IMG/VR virus record: IMGVR_UViG_3300023105_000025
Span: 3,427-67,426 of that record
Origin: a virus
Strand: one strand, 5' to 3'
DNA: 64,000 bases
Positions 54,987 through 64,000 of the stretch are shown here, piece by piece (positions within the stretch are counted from its first letter, which is position 1; every line of letters begins with the position of its first letter). The notes beneath the pieces are model-generated. The model saw only the letters and a program-made list of their open reading frames with translations. It was not told the DNA's origin and did not search any database. Made by a program: the position numbers and the translations under genes.

Positions 54987-57900
54987 GCATTAAGGTAAAA
55001 GTCGGCGGATCTAGATCTATCCGCGCGGTACCAAAGCAAGGTACCAACAGATCATTAGTTGCATTAGGCGAAAAGAAACCTTTAATTACTCCAGATTCAG
55101 TTGTTCTGGGAATTGATACTCTTGGCGCATATGTAGCAACGGCAAATGCTGGAGCTGGAATTGTAATTACTCCAGATACTCATACCGAAACAGCAAAAAT
55201 TTTAATTCGTCACGCTAATACTTCTAATGAATTACCAAGCACAAATAACAATAGCTTAGAATATATTAGAAATATTAATATTGATAACTTCGGTCATATT
55301 GTCGGATTTTCAAATCAAAGCTACAATACTGATTATTTTACTTCTGCAAATTCTATTGTTAATATTATAGACGCGGAAGCAGACGGTGCTACAAAAGGTA
55401 TAGCAACGTTTAATTCAACTAATTTTAATTCACTAAATGGCGTCATTTCTTCGGCAGATATGACGTTTGGTAATACAGCTTTAACATTAGGTGAATCAAC
55501 TAACGCCATTGAAGGACTTACATCTTTAGGCGTTGGAGAGTTAACTTTTGTACAAGGTAGAATTATTGGTACGGATGACATTCTAATTTCTCCAACTACG
55601 GGTGGTGTTGTAGATGTTGACGGACACAGAGTTGTAAATATTTCTAATCCGATAGACAATCAAGACGCTGTTACATTGTCTTGGCTTGACCAAGAATTAG
55701 ATGCATTAACAATTAGTTTGAGAGTTATTGCTGATCCAACAGATCCTACAGATGCTACTAACAAAAGATATGTTGATAACGTATTACAAGGTTTAAGAGT
55801 TAGACCTTCTATGCTTGCAGCTACAACTGCTGATTTAGGCGGAACCTATGCTGCAGGTAATACAACAATTAATTCAACCATTACTTTACCAGCCGCATTA
55901 ACTATTACGATTGACGATGTAACAAACTGGGATATTGGATCTCGTCTATTAGTTAAAGATCAAACGAACCCAGAAGAAAATGGCGCTTATGAAGTTACTC
56001 AGCTCGGAGATGCCTCAACAGACTGGATTTTCACAAGAACCGATTTTAGTAACGAAAGTAGTGAGATCCCAGGATCGTTCCACTTTATTACTGATGGTAC
56101 AACATATCGTGGTACTGGTTGGGTTGCTATAGTTGACGATGCTGAAACATTCCAAATTACTGTCGATGATATTAATTATACCCAGTTCCAAGGTGAGGGT
56201 ACATTTACCGCTGGCGTAGGTTTAACACTTAATGGAACACAGTTTAATGTAAATGAATCTCAAATTCTTGAGACCATTAATACTGCTAACAATAATTTAA
56301 ATATTATTGGTACGGGTGCTCTTAAAATTCCAGTTGGAACAACTGCTAACAGACCAATCTCTGTTCAAGGTCAGATTAGATACAATACAACAGACGGACA
56401 GTTTGAAGGCTATGATGGAACCGCGTGGTCTGGATTAGGCGGTGTTATTGATGTCGATCAAGATACAAAAATTACGGCTGAAAATTCACCAGGTTCTGAT
56501 AATGACCAGTTAAGATTCTATACTGCGGGGACAGAAAGACTAACTGTCGATGCTCAATCAATCGTAGCTAATGTTGATTTAATTATTGATACAACCGGAG
56601 CCCTAACAATACCAAATGGCTCAACTGGAGATCGTCCTACTGCAGAGCAAGGGATGATTCGTTTTAATACATCTGATGGGCAATTTGAAGGTTATGACGG
56701 TACTGCTTGGGCAGGCCTTGGTGGTGTTATTGACGTAGACCAAGACACAAAAATAACTGCAGAAAACAGTCCTGGATCTGATAACGACCAATTAAAATTC
56801 TTTACAGGTGGCACTTTAGCTGCTATGATAAGCGCAGCAAATACCGCTTACTTCTATGATGATGTTAATGTAACTGGAGATTTAACAGCTAACAACGCAG
56901 CATTCTCTGGAAATGTTACAATTGGTGGTAATATTACAATTGGTGACCAAACAACAGATTCTATTACTGTTGTTGCAGACTTTGACTCAAACCTAGTTGC
57001 TAATAGCCATAACTCTTTTGACTTAGGTAAATCAGGAGTTGATTGGAGAACACTTTACGTCCAAAACATTCAAGGTCAAGGCGAAGTAGTTACGTTCAAT
57101 ATGAACGGTGCAATTACAATTCCAGTTGGGACTACAGCACAAAGACCAAGTGGAAATACTGCTGCCGAAGGAATGATTCGTTATAATACAACAGACTCAA
57201 GATTTGAGTCTTATGATGGATCATTGTGGGGTGGATTAGCCGGATCGGTTATTGACGTTAATCGTGATACTTATATCATTGCGGAAGAAACTGCAGGCGC
57301 AAATAACGACGAACTTTGGTTCTACACCGCGAACACTGAAGCATTTATAGTTTCAAATACCCAGGTTCTAACTACAAGATCGGGTGATTTAAAACTAGAT
57401 GCTGCATCGGGTGAGATTGATATTGGTGGATCTTCAGTTAAAAATGGCGGTAACCTTTTAAGAATTAAAGAAACAGTATTTACCGGAGCTGGTAGAGCTA
57501 TTAATTTATTTAATGAACCTACTATTACTCTCGGTCGCGGTTTAGAAGAAATTAATTATGATGCTGCTAATAACGAAATAGAATTTAGATTAACAGGGTT
57601 CCCTTCTACATTACAACCTGGTACATATGGTAATGATGGATATACACCAAGAATTATCGTTGACGATACTGGTCGTATTACATTTGCTACAGACATTCCT
57701 GTTGAACTTCAAGCTAACGCGATTCCTGACTTTACAGAAACGTCTCGTGATATTATTGCACTTATGTTCGTTGGCGGGAACCATTCAGGTATTACGGTTA
57801 CAAACGACGATGCTAATAACGTTATTAATCTTGCTATTGCTGATTACAATTTAGATATTACAGGTGCAGTTACTGGCTCCGTTAATATAACAGGTGTTAA

Positions 57901-59560
57901 TACTTCTATTACGACAATTGCAGATGGATTTGATTACCTTAGAACAGTTACTGCCGGGAACGGCATAGATATTACCCATACACTAGGTGCAAATACTACT
58001 GCTACAATTACTCACGGTAATACATCGGACCACCCGTCAATTAATAACTCAGGTGGATTTGTAATTCAAGATCTAACATTAGATGAGTTTGGTCACATTA
58101 CGACATCCAACTCAATTGATATGGATTTAAGATATTTAGAACTTGCGGGCGGCGGCGATGTTATAGGTAACATCAGTTCTAATTCTTATATGTATGCTCG
58201 AAGATTTATTGATTACGATGATAATGTATACTATCTAGATCCGAACGGTACGTCGAGAATTAACTTACTTGAAATTGGCTATAATCAAGCAACATCACAG
58301 CTTTCAATGGGTGGTAGCCTAGGTACAGCATACCTTTGGACAAACGGTAGAAACGTTGGCTTCCTAGATAGTGTTTTTGCTTATGCTGCATACGCGGATA
58401 TCCAAACGGGTGATTGGATCGTTCCAAATGGTGATGTTAAAGCTGAAAGATTTATTGATGCAGACGCTACGACATATTTCTTGCATCCTGGTGGAACCGA
58501 CTCACTTATTAAACATCTTGAGATTGAGACAAATCTCGATGTTGGAACAGCACTCGACGTTGGAACAGATTTAACTGTTGGGGCATCAGGAGATATTGGA
58601 ACAACTTTATCAGTTGGAACTTCTATTGATGTTGGCTTCTTAACAATTTCTGGAAGTACTATTGCATCAACCGGTAGTCTAACATTAGCAGCCAGTGGCA
58701 ATATTGGTGCAAACGGCCAAAAAATTATAGACGTTGCGGATCCTACAGCAGCACAAGATGCAGCCACGAAAGCTTATGTTGATGCTGTAGCTCAAGGACT
58801 CAAAATTGTTCCTTCAGCATTAGTCGCTACAACACAAGATTTAGGAGCAACATACAATCACTCTGCTGGAACTCTTACCGCAAATACAGCAGGTGTATTG
58901 ACTATTGACGGTGTTCAACCAGATGTAGGAGATAGAATACTTGTTAAAGATCAAACAAATGCCGAAGAAAATGGCTCATATGAAGTCACAGATAAAGGTA
59001 ATTTCTTTAACTCTTTTGTTCTTACTAGAGGAAGCTATTTTAATGAGTCAGCGGAAATTCCTGGTTCATTCCAATTTGTAACAGATGGTACTACAAATAA
59101 TGGAACTGGTTGGGTTGCTCAGGTAACCGATGCTGAGACTTTTGCTTTAGGTACTGATGACGTTAATTGGTATCAATTCTCTGGTGCAGGTACATATTCA
59201 GGCGGAGATGGTTTAACTTTAACAGGTACTGAATTCTCTGTAAATGTTGATGACTCAACTATAGAAATAAATACAGATATTCTTAGAGTCAAGGATGCTG
59301 GAGTTACAAATGCTAAACTCGCTAATCCAAACTTTACGATTTCTGGAGAAGCCGGAGCCAATACGAGTATTGCTCTAGGTGAAACATTGATATTTGAAGC
59401 AGGCGAAGGTGTAAATACATCAATCTCTGCTGGAAAAGTTACTATCGCAAGTGAATTAGCAACAGATACTAATATTGGTGCTGCTGCATTTAGTAATACT
59501 AACTTTGATGTTACTGCAGGAACTGTTACAGTAACTGATATTGATGGTGGATCATTTTAA
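54983..59560 (+). CDS. Long tail fibre-like protein with internal repeats
   Basis: DATNKRYVD and DAATKAYVD modules, two R.LVKDQTN.EENG.Y units, three IP.G.T..RP...G.IR.NT....FE.YDG..W.GL units, terminal IDGGSF. Confidence 0.85.
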   Translation: MSIKVKVGGSRSIRAVPKQGTNRSLVALGEKKPLITPDSVVLGIDTLGAYVATANAGAGIVITPDTHTETAKILIRHANTSNELPSTNNNSLEYIRNINIDNFGHIVGFSNQSYNTDYFTSANSIVNIIDAEADGATKGIATFNSTNFNSLNGVISSADMTFGNTALTLGESTNAIEGLTSLGVGELTFVQGRIIGTDDILISPTTGGVVDVDGHRVVNISNPIDNQDAVTLSWLDQELDALTISLRVIADPTDPTDATNKRYVDNVLQGLRVRPSMLAATTADLGGTYAAGNTTINSTITLPAALTITIDDVTNWDIGSRLLVKDQTNPEENGAYEVTQLGDASTDWIFTRTDFSNESSEIPGSFHFITDGTTYRGTGWVAIVDDAETFQITVDDINYTQFQGEGTFTAGVGLTLNGTQFNVNESQILETINTANNNLNIIGTGALKIPVGTTANRPISVQGQIRYNTTDGQFEGYDGTAWSGLGGVIDVDQDTKITAENSPGSDNDQLRFYTAGTERLTVDAQSIVANVDLIIDTTGALTIPNGSTGDRPTAEQGMIRFNTSDGQFEGYDGTAWAGLGGVIDVDQDTKITAENSPGSDNDQLKFFTGGTLAAMISAANTAYFYDDVNVTGDLTANNAAFSGNVTIGGNITIGDQTTDSITVVADFDSNLVANSHNSFDLGKSGVDWRTLYVQNIQGQGEVVTFNMNGAITIPVGTTAQRPSGNTAAEGMIRYNTTDSRFESYDGSLWGGLAGSVIDVNRDTYIIAEETAGANNDELWFYTANTEAFIVSNTQVLTTRSGDLKLDAASGEIDIGGSSVKNGGNLLRIKETVFTGAGRAINLFNEPTITLGRGLEEINYDAANNEIEFRLTGFPSTLQPGTYGNDGYTPRIIVDDTGRITFATDIPVELQANAIPDFTETSRDIIALMFVGGNHSGITVTNDDANNVINLAIADYNLDITGAVTGSVNITGVNTSITTIADGFDYLRTVTAGNGIDITHTLGANTTATITHGNTSDHPSINNSGGFVIQDLTLDEFGHITTSNSIDMDLRYLELAGGGDVIGNISSNSYMYARRFIDYDDNVYYLDPNGTSRINLLEIGYNQATSQLSMGGSLGTAYLWTNGRNVGFLDSVFAYAAYADIQTGDWIVPNGDVKAERFIDADATTYFLHPGGTDSLIKHLEIETNLDVGTALDVGTDLTVGASGDIGTTLSVGTSIDVGFLTISGSTIASTGSLTLAASGNIGANGQKIIDVADPTAAQDAATKAYVDAVAQGLKIVPSALVATTQDLGATYNHSAGTLTANTAGVLTIDGVQPDVGDRILVKDQTNAEENGSYEVTDKGNFFNSFVLTRGSYFNESAEIPGSFQFVTDGTTNNGTGWVAQVTDAETFALGTDDVNWYQFSGAGTYSGGDGLTLTGTEFSVNVDDSTIEINTDILRVKDAGVTNAKLANPNFTISGEAGANTSIALGETLIFEAGEGVNTSISAGKVTIASELATDTNIGAAAFSNTNFDVTAGTVTVTDIDGGSF

Positions 59561-59602
59561 TTTTTATTAGCTATATAGCTATTATAACATAGGGGCATAC
59601 AT

Positions 59603-62206
59603 ATGTCAACCACAATTAAGTTAAAACGTAGTGCGGTTCCCGGCCGTATACCTACTGTATCCCAGTTAGAGCTGGGTGAGGTTGCCATTAATACAAATGA
59701 TGGTAAACTATATTTTAAGAAATATCACATAGCATCAAATACTGAGTCGATTGTTGATATTTCCGCAGACTTAAATGCAAATTCTATTCTTACTTTACTA
59801 TCAACAGTTGACGGCGCAAACTCAGGTTTAGATGCTGACCTGCTTGATGGTCAACACGGTTCTTATTATTTAGACTATAATAACTTTTCAAATGTTCCTC
59901 CTGCGTCCCTAGATTTAACATTATCTGGAAAAGTTACTGGAACTGGTTTTTCCAACACCGGAACACTGGTTATTTCAACAGAGTTGGCAAACACGGGTGT
60001 TACTCCAGGCACATATGGCACATCGTCTCAGATTCCTATTTTTACGGTTGACGAAGATGGTAGAATCACTGCAGCTTCAAATACAGCAGTTGCAGGCGTA
60101 GACGATTTCTTCTTTACCGATGCTAACAATACTCTTACAATCCAAACAGGCGACGGATCCAAGTTTAATGCTAAGATTGCTAAGCTTGATAGAATTGAAG
60201 AAGATCTTACTATTCAGCTTAATGGCGACGTAACGGGAACAGTTACATCTAACACTGGTGTTATGTCGGTCACAACTGATATTGCAAATACTGGTGTTTC
60301 TGCTGGAACATATGGGTCAGCTTCTCAAATTCCAATTGTTACAGTTGGTTTAGATGGTAGAATTACTTCAATGTCTAACACGGCTGTTGCCGGTGTTGAT
60401 GCTATTGATTGGTATTCTGCAAATAGCACATTTGCTGTTACAACCGGTGATGGATCTGTTTTTAGGCAAAAGATTAATGAGTTTAATGAAGTTAAAATTA
60501 ATGAAACTACTAGTCACACAGCTTTAAGATTAGGCAATATTGACGGTGCGACTTCAGCAAACTTAGATATTACTTTAGATTCTGGTACAAACAGCTACGC
60601 AAGATATACTTTAAACACATCGGGTCCAACTGGGTATCATTATTTTTATGCTCCAAATATTTCTTCTCCGTTGTTTGTTGTTGGTTCTGCTACTAACGGT
60701 GCTTCGCAAACTGTTCAAACAAATTCTGACTTTATTGTTAGTACAAATAGACTTATTAAGTTTCAAGGATCCGTTCAAGATAGCATATTCACAAGATTGC
60801 AGGTTGACAATCCAACGCAAGAACGATATATTACATTACCAAATGCTACTGGTACCGTCGCGGTTAGTGTAAGCGATACCGCAGGGCAGCAGGGTATTGA
60901 TTTAACACTAAGTTCTGCCGGTAATATAAGTGGTGTTGCATCTGGTTTAGATGCTAATTCTTCACCAACTTTTGCTGCATTAAACTTAGACGGAAACCTT
61001 GTTTTTAATAATGGTAGCTTTACAACAACTATTACGCCAGATACAGCTACTGCAAACAGAATTTTAACTTTACCTGACGCAACAGGCACAGTATTGACAA
61101 CTGGTAATGCCCAAGATGTTTTAGATACTTTAATAACAGTAGATGGTGCAGGATCTGGATTAGATGCTGACAAACTAGATGGTTATGACGCAGCAGGTAT
61201 TTTAGATCAAGCGGCAAATACTGCTTCAAGTCTTGTTGGTAACGGTTTAGTTACTATCACAGCAAATAACGGTCTTACTGGTACGGGTTCATTTAATCTT
61301 AACAGTGCAAATAACTTTACAATATCTGTTGAACATGGAGATACTTCATCAGTTCAAGATGTCAGCGTAACGTTACCAAATATTATAAATGAAATAACAT
61401 TTGATGGCTTTGGTCATGTCCAATCTGTTTCTAATACAGACATTACAACTTATCTTGACACGCGCTATTATACAGAAACAGAAACAGATACTTTACTTTC
61501 TGCAAAGGTTGATAAAACAACACAAGTAATTGCTGGAAACGGACTAACTGGCGGCGGTGCTTTGAGTGGAGATGTTACACTTAACCACCAAGATACTTCA
61601 ACAGCATCTAGTGTTAATAATGCCGGTGGCACAGTTATTCAAGATTTAAATATTGACACATATGGACACGTTACGTCAATCGGCTCTTATAACTTAGATG
61701 GAAGATATTATACAGAAACAGAATTAAATAATGGCCAATTAGATAGTCGCTATTATACAGAAACCGAATTAGATAATGGTGCTTTAGATCCTCGTTATTT
61801 CACAAAAGCTCAAGCAAACGCTAACTTCGTAGATGTTACTGGCGATACCATGTCGGGTGATCTAATCGTTAATGCTGACATTTACCAATCATATTCAAGA
61901 ACAATATCTACAGAAGTAAACGCAAGCACTACATTCCCAACTCCTATTTTGCAATTTCCACACGCAGATTGGGGTAGCGCCGAAGTAATAGTTACAGTTA
62001 AAGATAGCCCAGATAGACAAGTAACAAAACTGTTAATTACACATAATGGATCAACTGCAATTGCAACAGAATATGGTGTAATTTATACTAGTTCTGAGTT
62101 AGCTACATTTGATGTTAGTATCTCAGGGAGCAATGTAGGCTTGGTTGCTGTATCAGCTTCGGGTTCTTCTAATTACAAAATCGTAGCAACACTATTAAAA
62201 TCATAA
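59603..62206 (+). CDS. Tail fibre-like protein
   Basis: N-terminal IKLKRS.VPG..P....L..GE.AINT.DGKLY, SGLDADLLDG, GTYG..SQIP...V..DGRIT and D.RYYTETE repeats. Confidence 0.85.
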   Translation: MSTTIKLKRSAVPGRIPTVSQLELGEVAINTNDGKLYFKKYHIASNTESIVDISADLNANSILTLLSTVDGANSGLDADLLDGQHGSYYLDYNNFSNVPPASLDLTLSGKVTGTGFSNTGTLVISTELANTGVTPGTYGTSSQIPIFTVDEDGRITAASNTAVAGVDDFFFTDANNTLTIQTGDGSKFNAKIAKLDRIEEDLTIQLNGDVTGTVTSNTGVMSVTTDIANTGVSAGTYGSASQIPIVTVGLDGRITSMSNTAVAGVDAIDWYSANSTFAVTTGDGSVFRQKINEFNEVKINETTSHTALRLGNIDGATSANLDITLDSGTNSYARYTLNTSGPTGYHYFYAPNISSPLFVVGSATNGASQTVQTNSDFIVSTNRLIKFQGSVQDSIFTRLQVDNPTQERYITLPNATGTVAVSVSDTAGQQGIDLTLSSAGNISGVASGLDANSSPTFAALNLDGNLVFNNGSFTTTITPDTATANRILTLPDATGTVLTTGNAQDVLDTLITVDGAGSGLDADKLDGYDAAGILDQAANTASSLVGNGLVTITANNGLTGTGSFNLNSANNFTISVEHGDTSSVQDVSVTLPNIINEITFDGFGHVQSVSNTDITTYLDTRYYTETETDTLLSAKVDKTTQVIAGNGLTGGGALSGDVTLNHQDTSTASSVNNAGGTVIQDLNIDTYGHVTSIGSYNLDGRYYTETELNNGQLDSRYYTETELDNGALDPRYFTKAQANANFVDVTGDTMSGDLIVNADIYQSYSRTISTEVNASTTFPTPILQFPHADWGSAEVIVTVKDSPDRQVTKLLITHNGSTAIATEYGVIYTSSELATFDVSISGSNVGLVAVSASGSSNYKIVATLLKS

Positions 62207-62214
62207 TATAAATA
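62207..62214 (+). promoter_or_regulatory. T4-type late promoter
   Basis: Exact TATAAATA right after the upstream stop. Confidence 0.85.
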
Positions 62215-62253
62215 GAACTAAAATAGCACGCCAAACTGGGGAGAGTGAACCGA

Positions 62254-64000
62254 ATGGCTAATGATAAAAAGTTTATAGTCAAGAATGGTCTCTTGACAGA
62301 AGAAGATGTAATTATTGGTTCTACAACAGACACCGGTCAACGATTACAAATTACAGGCACATCAAAATTTACTGGTGCAATAGACGCTTCTCAAACAGTT
62401 TTAGCAACACCAACCGTAACATTTACTAATTCAGGTGGAACGGGCGGCGCTGTTATTGCTAAATTTGTTGGTGACTCTGATGCTCTCCAAATTTTAAATG
62501 TCGGAACTGGCGATTATAAAATTACAAATGCTGGCCAAGATAATGGACTCATTTTTTATGATGATACATCTGGCGTTGAAATACTTTATAACGGTTCGGT
62601 AGATTTAGATTTTAATTCAACTGGTATTGACTTTAAGCGTGAGCCAAGTTATAATGGTTATGTATTCTGGAATGCTGGCAACGATGGTTCAGGCTCTGGC
62701 CTAGATGCTGACTTAATTGATGGGTTAGACTCAACACAATTCCTTCGTTCAGATGAAGATGATACTATGACTGGCAACTTAACGGTTGACGGACAGATTA
62801 TTGTAACTGGAGATCTATATGTTTCTGGCACAACAACATATGCTAATACAGTTAATATGTTGGTTTCAGATAATATCTTTACTCTTAATGCAGACTACAC
62901 ATCTGGTACTCCTACAGAAAACTCTGGTTTTGAAATACGTCGCGGATCACAGGCAAACTCATCTTTACTTTGGGATGAGACAAATGATTGGTTTAAACTT
63001 ATTTCTGCAGGTACTGACTTAGGTCGTATTATTACAACTGCCGATGAAGGCGCGGGTAACGGATTTGACGCGGACTCTGTTGACGGATTACACGCGGGGC
63101 AATTCTTAAGAGCAGATGCAGATGATACTGCCAATGGTCATATCACATTTGAAGATGATATTACTATAGGAGACGGCGTTGGCAATGCTAGAATTAGTTT
63201 TGCAACAACAGGCCAGGATAGAGATCTTTATGCAAATAATGGTGAAATTGGCTTTTTAAACGCTTCATTAAACTGGGCAGCGTATTCTGATGCATCAGAT
63301 AATTGGGTTGTAACGTCTAAAGTTTTCGGTACACAGTTTGTGGATGCTGATAATAATAATTATTATATAGATCCAGCATCAACTTCTGTAGTTAATAACA
63401 TTGAATTGGGTGGAAACCTCAGTGGCGGCGGTGGTAACACCAATGACTATATTAATATTCAAAGTAGCCTGGTACGAACTTATATTGATAATATCTTAAG
63501 ATGGTCTGTAGGCCTAACTGAAAACATATCAAATGTTATAATTAAAGCTCCTGCATATTACGACTTAAATGATGAAAATTATTTTGTAGATCCCGCTGGA
63601 GATTCTGAAGTAAAAACAATTCTACTTGATGATTATGTTAGGCATAGATTTAATGCTAATACTTATATTGGATTTGAAACAAACGACACGTTTAGAGTTT
63701 GGACAGATGCAGTACAACGTTTAAATATAGACAACAATAGCGCTGATTTTTCTGTAGATGTATATGGGCCTCGTTATTACGATTCTGACAATAATAACTA
63801 TTATGGCGATTTTGCTTCTACGTCACAAATGGCACAAATTGATATTGATGATTATGTGCGCCATCGCGGAAACACAACGACGTATTTTGGTTTCCCAGGA
63901 GCAGACATATTTAGAGTTTTTATAAGTGGATCCCAAGTATTCAATCTTGATAGCAACTCTGCTGACTTCACACAGTATGTGTATGCACCTCGTTATTATG
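62254..64000 (+). CDS. Tail fibre-like protein, 3'-truncated by the window edge (absent from the ORF track)
   Basis: Starts MANDKKFIVKNGL, contains GLDADLIDGLDSTQFLRSD and YYIDPASTS-type repeats, and is still in frame at the window end (...YVYAPRYY). Confidence 0.85.
   Translation, partial: MANDKKFIVKNGLLTEEDVIIGSTTDTGQRLQITGTSKFTGAIDASQTVLATPTVTFTNSGGTGGAVIAKFVGDSDALQILNVGTGDYKITNAGQDNGLIFYDDTSGVEILYNGSVDLDFNSTGIDFKREPSYNGYVFWNAGNDGSGSGLDADLIDGLDSTQFLRSDEDDTMTGNLTVDGQIIVTGDLYVSGTTTYANTVNMLVSDNIFTLNADYTSGTPTENSGFEIRRGSQANSSLLWDETNDWFKLISAGTDLGRIITTADEGAGNGFDADSVDGLHAGQFLRADADDTANGHITFEDDITIGDGVGNARISFATTGQDRDLYANNGEIGFLNASLNWAAYSDASDNWVVTSKVFGTQFVDADNNNYYIDPASTSVVNNIELGGNLSGGGGNTNDYINIQSSLVRTYIDNILRWSVGLTENISNVIIKAPAYYDLNDENYFVDPAGDSEVKTILLDDYVRHRFNANTYIGFETNDTFRVWTDAVQRLNIDNNSADFSVDVYGPRYYDSDNNNYYGDFASTSQMAQIDIDDYVRHRGNTTTYFGFPGADIFRVFISGSQVFNLDSNSADFTQYVYAPRYY

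Noticed and set aside
56310-57340. Near-duplicate segments in a fibre gene as a possible DGR template/variable repeat pair
   Set aside because: The copies are in-frame protein modules whose differences are not adenine-specific, and there is no reverse transcriptase in the window.
1-64000. tRNA, rRNA, introns, inteins or genetic-code reassignment
   Set aside because: Intergenic gaps are short with no cloverleaf seen, core genes have normal lengths, and long ORFs read through in the standard code.

Overview
A 64 kb segment of an AT-rich T4-like myovirus genome, probably marine. The host is uncertain; the IbpA-type Hsp20 with a ROSE-like leader hints at a proteobacterium. Left part (1-9.9 kb, + strand): a sugar-nucleotide/glycosyltransferase/atypical C5-methyltransferase cluster (candidate DNA hypermodification), then gp45, gp44, gp62, regA, a degenerate dUTPase, hsp20 and small ORFs, ending at a UUCG terminator. 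Next (9.9-14.6 kb, - strand): gp4, gp2, gp54-like, gp26, gp51 and a gp29-like gene. The rest (14.6-64 kb, + strand, TATAAATA late promoters) is baseplate and fibre genes: gp48, split gp53, gp27-like, gp5, an M15 peptidase protein, gp25, gp6, gp7, an S8 protease, gp8, a DUF4815-like protein, a fibre/adhesin pair, a 3726-aa repeat protein, a collagen-like fibre and further fibres. The most striking observation is that the 3726-aa late protein has 11 intact and 1 degenerate ~140-aa helical repeats carrying the phycobiliprotein chromophore-attachment signature (K-C-x-R-D-x-G-Y), which suggests a bilin-binding virion protein. All assignments come from motif recognition by eye; no database search was run.
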